Source of the DNA: the human T2T-CHM13v2.0 reference genome, Homo sapiens
Assembly (NCBI RefSeq): GCF_009914755.1
Contig: NC_060930.1
Length of the DNA stretch: 64,000 nucleotides
Strand: one strand, 5' to 3'
Position numbers and translations under genes: made by a program. The notes beneath the pieces were generated by a model, which worked only from the letters and a program-made list of their open reading frames with translations, ran no database searches and was not told where the DNA came from. The number at the start of each line of letters is the position of its first letter. Position 1 is the stretch's first letter. Shown one piece after another: positions 14,191 to 27,581 of this stretch.

Positions 14191-14855
14191 TAGTTATGTG
14201 CTGGCTCACTGGATAAGACCTGTGAAAACCCAAACCTTAGCTTTTCACTGAGGCAGTGTCAGCACCCTTGGACACACAGTGGGAGCTAGATATGTCTCCT
14301 CCCCCTTCTTCCTTTAGAATAATGGTTTCAAAAAGTTTAAACTATGACCCGTAGTAAGAAGAACATTTTAGACAGGGAGCCAAAACACACAAACATATAT
14401 GTGTGTGTGCGTTCACATACGAACATGCAAAAGCACTTGTATGTGCAAACACATACAAGTGAAAGAAAACTTTCACAAAGCACATGGAATGCACCCCAAC
14501 TTTTCTGTTTTACTGTTTTATTCACTTAATGCCAGCTACCACTCATTGAATTGATTTTCTTGTACTGTAGTTAATCCATGTTTCTAAAAACTCAGCTTTA
14601 AATGGGACGTGACCAAAATAATGCATGAACACTCAAAGGAGTTTCATCCCTTCATTCAGATGTGAACATTCCTGTGTTCCCCTTGACTTGTCTTTACACC
14701 ATCTTAATCAATGCTGTCTTACAGCAACAATTAGTCATTCATAGCCTGTGGTTTGTGTCCATCAGTGAGTGTGCCCTGATAGACCTGAAAAGATTGGGAG
14801 ACCATGCCCAGCTTCCCATTATTTCTGTAGCCTGTCCTTTGTTCCCATAACAGTA

Positions 14856-15191
14856 CAGTCATGCCTTAGTATCTGTGGGGGATTGGTTCTAGAACTCCCT
14901 GTGGATACCAAAATCCATGGATGCTCAAGTCCCTTATATAAATGGTGTAGCATTTGCATATGACCTGTGCACATCCTCGCATATATTTTAAGTCATCTCT
15001 AGATTACTTATAATACTTGATACAATGTAAATGATATGTAAATAGTTGTTATACTGTATTGTTTAGGGAGCAAAGACAAGAAAAAATATATGTTCAGTAC
15101 AGATAAAACCATCCTTTTTTAGAAAATAACTTTTTGTTCATGGCTGGCTGAATCCAACAATGCAAAACCCACAGTTAGAGACAGCCAACTG
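14856..15191 (+). mobile_element. MER2 (TcMar-Tigger non-autonomous DNA transposon)
   Basis: TA|CAGTC...tgggggattggttc...ggataccaaaatccatggatgctcaagtcccttatat...AACTG|TA; TA TSDs on both sides. Confidence 0.88.
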
Positions 15192-15448
15192 TATGTGCCT
15201 TTGCTAAGTAGATAAATTTAGTTAATGATGAAGGACTGGATGAAAGAAAGATTTGAGGATAAAAATTAGAGTTTGCTTATCTGTAAATCCTGAAGTAAAT
15301 AATTACAGTCTCTGAGAAAACTGAGATAACTAATACTTAGTCATTTACTTCACATTTCATGATTGCTTACCAAGATTAAACTTGTTCTGATGAAAATCTT
15401 CACTTTTCATACTCATCGTTTTGATGAGTGAACTTAACAATTAAAGGT

Positions 15449-15807
<359 letters not shown>

Positions 15808-17091
15808 TTAAATAAACTTTCCTGGCCTTAAGAAAACAACTCTGCTGAATAATTTTATGGAATTAGAATGACATTAAAATAATGAATCTGATAAATATGA
15901 TTAGTTAATAAAAATACAGTTAAAATAATACATCCCTTGGAATTTTAAATCTTACTGAGAACCATTTCTGCACGCACAGTATCCAATATACAAACACACA
16001 TGGAAGAAAACCTTTCCAAAGCTCGTGGATTGCACCCTCATATTTTCTGTTCTGTTATTTGAGTTTTTAAATGCTGGTTACCACCCATTATATTAATTTT
16101 ATTGTATTGTAGCTTGCTCATATTTTTTTAAAACTCAGCTTCAAATAAGGCATGACTAAAACAGTGCATGAATGGATCCCTTCCAAATGTTGAAAGTTAT
16201 TCCAGTTTCTTTCCTTTCCAAGTACCATGCATATGCAGCTAACCCTAGCATTGGCTGACCAGTCTAACATCAGAGTGAAGAGAAGGGAACTTCCCTCTAC
16301 AAGGCTTACAAAATGATAAAGTTACAAAGATAAGAGCTAAAATGCAAACGCTTTCTCTAAAGAAGTTAAATCCTAGAGTCACGAACTGGTCCATGTTGCT
16401 TCCTTTAGAGAAAAAAGTAGTAAAATGAGTGCAGGTTGAAACCTGCAGCAGGTACAACAGGGGACTCTATTCTCTGTGCTGTCCTTGAAGGGACTCCAAA
16501 GATGCTGTTTCTCTGTTTGCCTCCCAGTATTTTAAGTGAGTTTTGGATTCTGCAAATCAATCTGGCTAGCTATGGCCTTGGGTGAATATAAGCACCAGTT
16601 TCTATAGCCGCAAGTTAAAGGGATTTGAATTGTTAATTCTGTCATCCCTCCCATTCTAACATCCTGTTACCTAGAAAATCATCCATACATAGAGCCTGAA
16701 AGCTTACTTTTCAGGATTTGGGGAAATAAAAAAAAATTTGGTAGAATACCTCATACTTTCATTAGGCTACTGATATGAACTTAATTATTCCTCTAACTCC
16801 TTTGAGGCTCAGACCTTCTGTCCCCTGTCTTATCACTCTCATCTAATCACCTCCAAGCAATGTCCCACGTCACTGAGAATTTAGTATCCAATTTCCTATC
16901 TTCTGCTCCACTCCAGCTCCTGCCTTCACCTGGCAGAGTGTCCATGTGGGTAGTTGATCCAATACCCCAAGTTCAGAGTCCCTTGATCTCCTCAATCCAG
17001 TGACTGACACCTCCACTCCATTTCAGCAACTTCACTTCTGGGGCCACAGGCTGAGACTTGATTATCTCCAGAATTTCTCCATGTCCAAAAC

Positions 17092-17856
17092 TGAAATGGG
17101 ATAGTTCCCTTGACCCCTTCGTGGGACTCATGAAGGGGTTGTCTTGTTTACTCATCCTGCAGCTCTCAACTCCTCATGGGAGGGAGAGCACATAGGTGAG
17201 TGGGTGCAGAGGGTGGGACAAGTGCTTCTGGGTGCTGGCAGGAGTAGAACTCTGTGCGGCCCCGCAGCAGCATCTAGGTGAGTATCTGTGACCCCTGGAG
17301 CCGCAGAGGGCATGTGTTACAGTGTGCTCTTTTAGCTTTGCTGTCCATGGACAGCTTAAGTGTTTTAACAGCTCAGTGTGACAGCCCTCTGTATCCTGAA
17401 CTCTTGTTCAGCAACCAGGAAGGATCAGCTTGCACGAACAAATTGAAGATGGTGAATGTGGAGAACTTTATTGCTGATGAAAATGGCTCTCAGTGGGATG
17501 GGGAGCTGGAAAGGGGATGGAGTGGGAAGGTGTCTCCCCCTGGAGTTAGGCCATCCCCAGCTGAACTCTTCTCCGAGGTCCTACCGTCAAGCCATCCCTC
17601 TGAAGTCAAGCTGCTTTTCACCAGTGTCAAGCTTCTTCTCTTCTCTCCTTCTCTGCCATTCCACTGCCAGTGGATCCTGGGGTTTTTATGGGGACAGGAT
17701 GGGGGGCAGGGCGGGCCAGGGTGATTTTGGAAAAGGCAACATTCAGGCAGCAAAATGGGGATATAAAGTTCTCACTTTGGGCCACGGGTCCAGGCTTGAG
17801 GGTGGAGCCATTGCCAGGGACCCCACCCTTTTCTACCTAGTATTTCCCTGCCTCCA
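17092..17856 (-). mobile_element. ERV1-class solo LTR (MER61/LTR9/LTR1-like; family uncertain)
   Basis: Terminus tgaaatgggatagttcccttgacccc; minus-strand AATAAA at 17467-17472, TATA-like CATAAAA at 17684-17690 and a GC box at ~17709-17714; right boundary uncertain. Confidence 0.7.
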
Positions 17857-18664
17857 CTCTCCAACTCTCTTATCACAGGCCTCCTATCCATAAATCTTTC
17901 TCACTCCCTTATTTTTTTTAGAGCTCACCTTCAGACTTATGAAAGCTCAAGTCTTTTGAATTCCTCTTTCCCTCCCAGTCCAGCAGGCTTCACTTCTCTC
18001 CTTGCTAGCCTGGAAGTGTCCATTACACCCTTGACTGTGTCGCGGCTGACACATGGAAGGCAGGTGTCTGGTATTGTTAAATGAACGTTAACAAGTGCAA
18101 CTTCTTTAAAAAGTAAGATTTCTTTATTTGATTGATCAGTTTTTTTTTTAATTAAGTATCTAATTTCCATTGCTTCTGGATTTAGGCACACATATTGAAT
18201 ATAAAATTCAAAACTTTTCATGTATCTAAAGAAATAATTTTAATGACCACAGAATTTTGCTCTTAAAACAAATGGAGCTTGCAATATAATTATAACTAAG
18301 ACAGACTACAAGCACCTGCTGTGTTTTCTTCATGCTGCCATCAGGCTGGTGCATAGTCTGATGGGATGGATGCATCCCTGCTGTAATAGGAATAAGTAAA
18401 GAGGGTGGGAGACTGTTGTTGGTGTTTACAATCATTATTCATCTCTCCATTAATTTTCATCCTTGCAGTTGAGATAATCTTGCCTTTTAGAACGAGAAAA
18501 CAATCTTATTACTTACAACATTCACAAGACAGGGAAACACTCCTCAACAAAGAACCATTTCCTTTGGGCATTTGATAAGAACTGCTGACATCTGTGTTTA
18601 TTAAGTGATGTGGGAGAATCAGCCAAGGGGCAGAGGTGTGGGTGGTAGCTTCAAAGGTAATTTC

Positions 18665-18846
18665 CTGACTGAGTGTGGTTGGGCATGTTGGCAATCCCAG
18701 TGTTTGCAATTCCAGTGCTTTGGGAGGCTGAGGCAGGAGCATCACTTGAGCCCAGGAGTTTGAGGCTGCAGTGAGCTATGATTACGCCACTGCACTCCAG
18801 CCAGTGTGACAGAGAGAGACCTTGTCTCAAAAAAAAAAAAAAAAAA
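18665..18846 (+). mobile_element. Alu monomer/AluJ fragment with A tail
   Basis: tgggaggctgaggcaggagcatcacttgagcccaggagtttgaggctgcagtgagc...gtctc(A)n. Confidence 0.85.
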
Positions 18847-19329
18847 GGATTTTGCTTTCCTGGTCTGTTTGAATGTGGTAAGCACAAGAACTTATTTGTA
18901 CTGGTGGTCACCCACTTGGGTCCTTTCAGTAAACTTCTGGCCATGGCCCAGCCTGAGCACCTGCTTCCTTTACAGAGCAAAGCCAGAGCCTTCTGGTTTG
19001 TAATTTTTGCAGCCACATAACACTGATCCATTTTAGCTGTCTCATGAAACTGCTTTCCAAGATGAAGTGAGACTATCCGAAACCAAAATCTAAAAAGAAT
19101 GACTACAGAACGAATGGCAGTCCAAGGTCATTTGGCAGGGTAGAATTATAAGGAAAGGTGATGGCCAGCTACTGTGAAGTCTTAAGCCCACTCATAGGTA
19201 CGAATCTCTTACCAGGACTGAAGTTTGTGTTTCCTTAACTTTGCTGCTTGATGGTCTTCTGCAAAGGATCTCATTTCTCCAGCTTTCACTGGGAAGTGGC
19301 ATGGGGTTTTCGAAAGTGCTTTAAACTCT

Positions 19330-19480
19330 AAGAACTGGTTTCCTCTCAGGCTTAGCCACCACTAGCTGTCTGACTTTGGACAAGTTACTCAACCACTCTG
19401 AGCATCAGCTTTCTTTTTTTAAAATGGTGACAGTGATATGGCTACCTTAGAGAGTTGTGGAGATTAAGTGAGATAATATA
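19330..19480 (+). mobile_element. MIR fragment
   Basis: ccactagctgtctgactttggacaagttactcaaccactctgagcatcagctt...gttgtggagattaagtgagataatatatg. Confidence 0.65.
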
Positions 19481-21572
19481 TGAACAAAATATATAAATAT
19501 GTCTATATTAGACATATATGATCTGTTAAATATATTTATATATATATATAGAAAGAATATTAGAGAACTGACATATTTATCTTAGACCTACTATGTTCTA
19601 GGGCCCAGTTCTGCTCATGTATTATCTCTCTATATATATAGTATTGAGAGAGAGAAAGAGAGAGAGAGCTAGAGAAATAGAAACCAGTAGGATATATCCT
19701 ATCTGAAGAACTCTAATACAGGTATTTCACTGAACAAAATGGCTTCTCCTTAAAATGTATTCCAACACCAATTTCCCCTCCTTGCTTCTCATACATATTA
19801 ATTCACAGAAATTATATTGGTCATAAGGCGGTAGGACTATGAATAATTTTTTTCTTCTGCATTTGCCAAATATTCTGTAATGCTAGTTTTATTTTTATAA
19901 CAAATTTTTAAAGTCCCTGTAAACCCTATAAAATTAACTACTAATCCTAAACTTGAACTGTAATACATATTTTTGTTAAATAAAAAAAAAGATATCCTAA
20001 ATTTGAGAATCTAAGCTAAATTCACAAAATGACTAAATGTATCTTCTTACTCTTAAACGATAAGAAACCAGGAATGCAGTGGTTTAACCCAAACAGCCTA
20101 GGTATTCTTCACTCATTTCTCTTGTCCTCAGTATATGTTTCCCCCAGGCCAAGAAACATTTATGGCTAGGAATTCATGACTGCTCATCTGTAAGACACTC
20201 TCCAAGTACTCTGTCATGATTTGGAACCAGAGCTTTGGCCTTCCATTCCAGATGACCTCCAGGTTCTAAGCTTTATCTGAAGTACTCCACACTACATTGC
20301 ACACCAGCATGATGGGAAGGAATGACTCAAGGGAACTGGGCATTCAGACCACTCACCAACTACACACAGCCTTTCACACAGCAGTAGACAACCTTTGTAG
20401 GAAGACCTCTGGCCAAATATTTATATATCAGGAGTATATCAATGTATGGTCACAGTTACCTCCTTTTTAATCTCAAGAAATAAAGTCATTACTTCTGAAA
20501 AGAACACCAGTAATGGAACTACACGGGCATGCCAAGATGAAAATTAGTCTCTCTCTCTCTCTCCACCCCATTCTTTTGGCCACTGCATTTTAAACAGGCC
20601 ATAGTGATAGAACCAGAAGGTAGCTGTGTTTCGATTATTTTTGTTTTCTTATTTTTAAACATTGCTTTATAGAAGCCTGTTCTATAATGTAAGAAGTGAA
20701 TAGGAATCCTAGTATCTGGAATGATGCTGAGCCATGGAGATGGCCAGATTCCATGTGAAGAGAAGAGGCTGGCAGAAAGCTAAGTATTTGCTCGCTTTCC
20801 CTACCCTGTATTCATGGAGCAGCCATTACAAAAGATGACGCACCAGACCATGGGCCTGGTCTTGCTAGGTGGTGGAGATCCAAAATGCTGGGCACTCACT
20901 GGAGCTCCGTGAAGATCTGTTGAATGAGTGACTAAATGTGTGGTGAACTGTCCCTACCTACAGGGTTCCCTGCTTTGCCCAGCCTATCAGGCTTGGGTAC
21001 AAGCAGATAGCCTGGATTGGATTTCATGAGGGCTTTGTGCCCACTCTGTATACTACCGGAAGATGCATAATCTCTTTAGACTTCCTGGGTCATCACTGAA
21101 AGGCCAGAGGCAAGAATTTGAGCAGTAAATTGAAGCATGTGCAGAGTGACATAGTCTGGGCATAGATAACAGTACCTGACCCCTCAAATTCCCTAAAGTT
21201 GACATGACAGCTTGTGCATCATGGTTTGGTACAGAGATGACTGAAGAGACAGTGGTTGCTCCTCTGGTTGCTGGACACCTTTTGAATGGGCTGTGATGAC
21301 TGGAGAGCGTGCTCTGTCCTGGTCACCTGAAGGTGCTCCTAGACTAGCAGAAGCAGAGACAGCAGCCAGGCCTGACTGGAGAGCTGGAGGGACTGGGTGC
21401 AGGGGACTTCTAGGCCAGCAGTTTCTGTGCTGTGCTCGGAGGGGCTCTGGTGGCAGGAACCTAGTCCTGGGTTCCAGCTCTACCAGGGTGCAGCCTGAGG
21501 AACTCAGCTTTCCTATTTATTGGCTTGCCTTGCCACAAAGGATTTCTTGTGTGTTAAAGATACTAATAGCTT

Positions 21573-21600
21573 AAACAAACAAACAAACAAACAAACAAAC
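21573..21600. repeat. (AAAC)7 microsatellite
   Basis: Direct reading. Confidence 0.95.
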
Positions 21601-21924
21601 TATTGATTTAAACCACTAATCAAATCTTTGGTTTTACAAATTTAGAAAATAAAATTAGGCCCCAGGGACTAAATGTCTCTCCTATGGTCCAGAAACCAGA
21701 CTGAAACTGACCTAGTAGCAAAACCCATTCTCCTGTATCCCAACTCCCAGTTCAGGTTCCTCTTCATTAGCTCCCACCCAGCTGCATAGTTGAGGACACT
21801 GAATTGAGGGGACCTGGGGTAAAGGGCTGGCACTCAGGCATCGCTGGCTTCTACATGATTCCACCACATGGAAAGCATCATAATCATGTATGATCCCTAG
21901 AAAAGTGTTTGCTAAACTCCTTAA

Positions 21925-22830
21925 GTTGTCATTCAACAAACATTTATCTAGCACCTACCACATGCTAGGCAAATTCTAGAGACACAGCTGCCCCTGCCCT
22001 CATGGAACTAAATGTCTTGAAAGAGATACTGGCCCTGATCAGATTTTTTAAAAATACATAATTATGCAAATAAATCATATTATATATAATTACAAAGCAT
22101 GGTATGAAAGGAAAAGTACAAGATGCTGTGAAAGCGTATAAAAGGAGGACTTGGCCAAGTCTAGAGGATCATCAGTGAGTGTTCCCTGATGGACTAACAT
22201 TAGGGCCAAGATCAGAAAGATGTCCAGGAGTTAACATGGTCAATAATCACTGTTAATCTTTATTAAGCATTTCCCTTGAGTCGAGTCAGGCTTCACTTGC
22301 TGCATTAACTTCTTTAATCTCCACAATAACTCTGTAAGGTAGGTGCTTTTGCTTTTTTTCCACTTTACAGATGAATAAACAAGAAGTAAAAAGATGTAAC
22401 TAATTCACATGTAGCCCTCTGGCTTCAGAAGCTCTTTACTCCATAAGGTTCCTGGGCACGTGGGTGTGGTCTAGGAATGGGAAGAGGCTAAGAATGCTGA
22501 AGGGCAGACTGAATGTTCCAGATGAAGCTGGCGTGATAAGAAAGGGCCACATCATGTGGGTCTTATAGGTTATGATATTCATGTTAAAACTGTTAATGTT
22601 TTTGAAATATCTAAAACCAGGAAGTGCATGATCATATTTATGTTTTAGAAAGATCACTCAGGCTGCTGTGTGGAGACTGGAGTAGAAAGAAGCATAGAAG
22701 AGACCTACAGAGACTAGGAAGCTGTCACAGTAACCTAGGCACAAGATAGTAGTGGTCAAGACTAGCTTGCTTGAGGAAGTGTAGAGAAGTAGACAGATAA
22801 AAGGAGCATCCAAGGAGTGTACACTTCTAA
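21925..22830 (-). mobile_element. L2 fragments interrupted by an antisense MIR (~22250-22440)
   Basis: cattcaacaaacatttat.tagcacctacca.atgctaggc L2 tail; tttagaaagatcactcaggctgctgtgtggag; MIR ttccactttacagatga. Confidence 0.6.
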
Positions 22831-23016
22831 GTAATTTAAAAGAAAGAGTCAAATCCCTTAGAAGCAATCATTTGAAATAACCTAATTACCAATCCTTTTT
22901 ATCCAGTCCTCTTATGTTGTCCCAATTCAGGAATTCTTAAACCAGTTCTTGTGTTAAAATCATAGCATGGACTGCCTTACAACATTCTATACTTCAGTCC
23001 ATTGAAAACCACATCA

Positions 23017-23250
23017 GGCCAGGTGCGTGGCTCATGCCTATAAGCCCAGCACTTTTGGAGGCCAAGGCGAGAGGACTGCTTGAGCCCAGGAATTGGAGAC
23101 CACTGAACTCTAGCCTGGGCAACAGAATGAGACCCTGTTGAAAGAGAGAAAAGGAAGAAAGAAAGAAAAAAGAGGAAGGAAGGAGGGAAAAAAGGAAAAA
23201 AGGGAGGGAGGGAAGGTGGAAGAAAGAAAAAAAAAGAAAGAGAAAGAAAA
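23017..23250 (+). mobile_element. FLAM-type Alu monomer with ~110-nt purine-rich (GAAA/GGAA/GGGA) tail
   Basis: ggccaggtgcgtggctcatgcc...gagaccctgt, then a nearly pure purine tract at 23140-23250. Confidence 0.85.
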
Positions 23251-26037
23251 GGCTGCTTCCTGGCACTTCTATTACCATGTGACACGAGAAGGGCAATTGT
23301 CCAGACCCACACTTAGGTTCACCACAGTCCTTGGTTCCCAGGACAGAGTCCTTTGAGGTTCCTTCAAGCACCCACACCATGCTGGAAAATGCAGGCTTTA
23401 TAAACTCCAGATGTCAGTCCACAACTCCACAGCCCCATTGGGTTTGGTTCCTGGATGAATTCTCGGCTAGATGACTGGAATAGAGTTCTGGTGAACATCT
23501 TCCTTCCTGCCAAGATGACAAGTCAGGTTTCTAAAGACAGATGTGTAGCTCTTTGTGGAAAAAATATTCTGGGCACGAACATCTTCGGCTGAACGGCATG
23601 GAATGGTGTGGAAAATGTGAAGCCCTGGACTGGTTTCTGTGTCAGTGGTTTCCTGGGACTGCCGAGTTGAAGGGGAGCAGAAAGGGCTCAGCTGTGGAGG
23701 AGGCAGAGATTAGCCAAACTAGACCAGCTATCGCCCCAGCTGCATGGATAGCATCTTCCTTCTTGTTCCTGATTAAGCTCATTTAATATGCCAATGACAA
23801 AAGGATCATGAAGGTCTTTCCAAATGAATGAATGTTTTCTGGAGCTGAGATTGCTGGCTCCTATTTGCATAGTAGTGCATACTGAGGCATCTGACCGGAT
23901 TACTGGATTCCTAACTTTTACATTCTTTTTAAGCTCAGATATTTCTACGGAAGGCAGAAAGATAAAGGCCAAAAAAAGATCAGGCTTGCCTAGCTCTTGG
24001 GTTTCCAGGAAACTGACAGACTCCTGATATCTGCAACTAGTGCTTTCTCTCCCTGGGCGGGGCGTTCTCCGCCACCTTGTGGACATTTGGGGAACTGCAC
24101 CGCCCCAGCATCTATGATCAGAGGAACTGACAGAGGCTGCCATAACTACCTGGTCCCCTGAAATAAAAACCAGGCACCAGGTTTGCCCAAAGGAGGACCA
24201 ACACATAGCAGAATGAGGCTGAGTAGGATGTTAACCTTCCATGCTGGTCTTCCATTATCACGTTATCTGCCACTGTCACAGACAACATCTGCATCCGCTA
24301 CAGATGGAGATGGAACAAAGGCTTTCACTGGATCTCAAGTTGGATGCTTCTGTAAAAGTAAAGTTCCAAGACCTTTTTCTTTTTTTTCCCCAGTGACAGC
24401 AAGAAAATTGGATGTTACTATTGGCAACAACTATTTCCTGCTTGTGAAGCGTTGGTATTTGCAGTGCTTCTGCCCTGTGGTTATTGAGCTGAAAGGGGGG
24501 CTGCTCTTGACATAGGAGCATGGCAGGATTGGATTCTTCATAACATGCTACCCAGCTTGTCTTATGTGAAAAGAGAAGCCCAGAAAGAGCTTGGGACACA
24601 AAGATGCAAATCCTGGGTTTGCATTTGATTTGTTAAGTGTCCTTTCACAACCAGCTTGCAGACTTTAGGGGAAAAAAAATACATGGTAGGCTTGTGGGTA
24701 GTGGAGAAAACATAAGCTCCAGTACCTCACAGCCTGGGTTTTCAGTCTGCCTCCTCCCAACCCTCATCACATACCAGCTGTGTGACCGTGGGTACTCTGT
24801 CTATGACAATCAATTTTCTTGTCTGCAGAGTACAGATAATAGAGGACCTGCCCCATGGGAAGCTTGGAGGACTAAATGAGATTAAGCCCAGGGCCTGGCT
24901 CATGGCCGATTCTCGTAACAGGTCCATGTGTGTAATCAACATGTGCTGAAGTTCTCTGGACCCTCTGTAAATATCTAATAGGAACGACTAGCCATGGGTG
25001 TGATGAGGGAGATGCTAGAAACAGTAATGGGGTCAAATGAATCTGTCCCATAGTCTCTAATTTGAAACAGCTGAACTGTGCCATTGTCTCCTTGGAGGTA
25101 AGATATAAGCCACAGAGTGCCTGAAGCAGGTCTACAGTTAAGGAACTTAAATGTGCTAAGTGATTAAAGGCTGGGCTGCCTACTCCCTGTATGGCGACAC
25201 TCTCCACCCTCCTGCATACTCTCCACTACTCCAGGCAGTGGTGGGCCTCCTAGCCTCTGGGTGATGAGCAGCTCCCACATCTCCCCTTTGAGACAGAGGC
25301 CTGCAGAACCTGACCAGTGTGAGGGCTGGCTGGGGTCAGGAGTGTGCCTGCTGGTTGGCCCTCAAGGTGAATGTGGCTCTTCTAAAAGACACCTGAAGGG
25401 ATGCAGAATTTAGCAGCAAACGCCAAGAACAGCTCTTTGTCATCTCTGCATCTTCTACTAAAGATTTTAAGCTCCGAAGTATATGTCTGGGGTTTCTAGA
25501 GATTGCTATTCCCTTATAAGGGAAAAAATACACCCTTATTGTATATTTATTGAGCACCTACAATGTGCCAGGCACCCCAGCTAGGGAGTTTAGATATTTA
25601 ATCCTCTCAGCTGCCCTGTAAAATAGGGATTGTTTAAAATGGATTTCGCCCACCTTATAGGCAAGGAAACTGAACTACAGTATGGTAAAGTGGCTTGGCT
25701 AATCCACCTGGCTAGTGAGAATGGAGCCACAGTGAACCTGGAGGATACTCTTCACGGCGTTCCATCTTTGTGTGCCCCACAGCACAAGCACAATGCCCGG
25801 GTCTTAGGAAGAGCTTGGTAAATGACTGCTGAGTTGAGAATGGTAGGATTCATGTACCAAAAGGGCATTTGGAAATGGGCAAATGCCCAGATAGGGCTCT
25901 GAAAGACTAGCTATGTAGAGCAACAGATGGCAAATCATCAATTTAAAACTCTGTCATCCAGCCAGTAGCCCGCTGGCCTACAGCCAGCCATGTATGTACA
26001 AGGGCTGACTTGATCAGCTGTGGCTCTTTTATTTCAG

Positions 26038-26235
26038 GCAATCCACCTTCCAAAGAGGTGCCTGCTGGGAAGTACCCATTCATAGTCACTTCTGATGATG
26101 GGCGGAAGGTTCCTGTAGTCCAGGCCTATGCTTTTGGCAAATACCTAGGCTATCTGAAGATCGAGTTTGATGAAAGAGGAAACGTCATCTCTTCCCATGG
26201 AAATCCCATTCTTCTAAACAGCAGCATTCCTGAAG
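26038..26235 (+). CDS. NT5E: NT5E exon 4, 198 nt; (G)NPPSKEVPAGKYPF...NSSIPE(D)
   Basis: atttcag|GC and GAAG|gtaagt; matches ORF 26010..26243; phase 1-1. Confidence 0.98.
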
Positions 26236-26687
26236 GTAAGTGAAGTTCAGGGGAATGTTCCACCAATCTAAAATTTAGATGGCTGGATATTTTGCTCCTT
26301 CCCATTTTTTTCCTTTAATGTTTCAGGAAAAGACTATAATACTGTTGAAGAATTTAGTTTCTTCCTTGAGTTTGCCCTCTTCGTGGATAGATTTAAAACA
26401 CACCCAAATGCCAAAAGCCCCACTTGCTTCTTCAAGTCTTCTCAGCATCAGATTCCATACATCACTGCTTCCTCTGCCTTTTAAAATCTTGATCCTGACA
26501 TGCCAAAGCCACTCTCAGCTTGTGTTTACAGGAGAGATAACTGAACTAAAGGGGTTCTAATTGGGCAGAGCGGGGCTCAAGTCCTGGCCCCCCAACTAGA
26601 GGCAGTGTGCCTTAGGCAAGTTGCCCAATCTCATGGGCCTCAGTTTCTTTATCAAATGAGGGAGTACCTTATTTATATGTCTGAGTC

Positions 26688-27581
26688 TATTGCGGGATCT
26701 GGCCAGCAGCCCGCAATGCAATGGGGCTCTCTCTTTGTTCCTAGGCAGATTGGCAGGTTGAGAAATAATAGACACACACAAGATAGTGAAAGCTGGGTCC
26801 AGGGGGGTCACTGCCTTCTGGTCCTGCGGTGCCAACAATGCACTGGATATACCAGCATTTATTATTAAGTTTAGTGAGGGCAGGGGTACGTTAGTGAGGG
26901 ATTTAGGGTCATTTGATTATGAGGTGAGATGGTCACATGGGGATGAAGTAATTCTTTAACATAACATTTGTATGTAGAAGTACAGTACATTTGTATGTAG
27001 AAGTACAGTATGAGATAAGAATTTACAATATAGTGTGTGCGTCAGTAATTTCTAACAGAGCCTTAGAACAGAAACACAGTCTTTCCATAACCTATGATTA
27101 GCAAGATATTAATCAGCAGTAACAATTGCAACAAAAACTGGTTACAAATAATCCATGGAAACAGGACATGAAGCTAGATAACCAGTTAGACCAGAAATTC
27201 TCAGAGGGGAGTACGCCTTAACCCTAAAGAGGCCTAGAAGAGCGGCGGCAAGATGAGCGTGTTTATAGCCCTATCTTATCCATATGGACAGGCCCCCACC
27301 ATGCGTCCGTTTATAGGCTCCCCACAAGGGTCACATTCCATTCCCAGAGCTATGAACATCTGCTTTTCTGGGATAGGAATCTTGGTGATGGGAAACCTCC
27401 CTGACTGCACGTCCATTTGTAGGCTCTCTGCAGGGGGAAGCACATCACGTGCTGTTGGCTCATTGTGGCAGTCCAACCTGGCATTGTCTTTACACAATCC
27501 TGCATGCAATTTTGTATTTACAATAATCAGGAGCATTTCATCTTTTATTCCGTAGCAATAGTTTCAGGGCGTCTCCCTACA
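26688..27581 (-). mobile_element. ERVK-class solo LTR (MER11D-like), 894 bp, inserted next to a MIR
   Basis: Perfect 6-bp TSD TGAGTC at 26682-26687 and 27582-27587; minus strand begins TGTAGGGAGAC; TATAAA boxes and AATAAA (26858-26863) on minus. Family name from recalled consensus. Confidence 0.88.

Noticed and set aside
17278-17893. ORFs of 145-148 aa
   Set aside because: They lie within the ERV1-class LTR and show no gag/pol/env motifs.
23688-24599. ORFs of 107-172 aa in NT5E intron 3
   Set aside because: No recognisable protein similarity or supported exon structure; consistent with chance.
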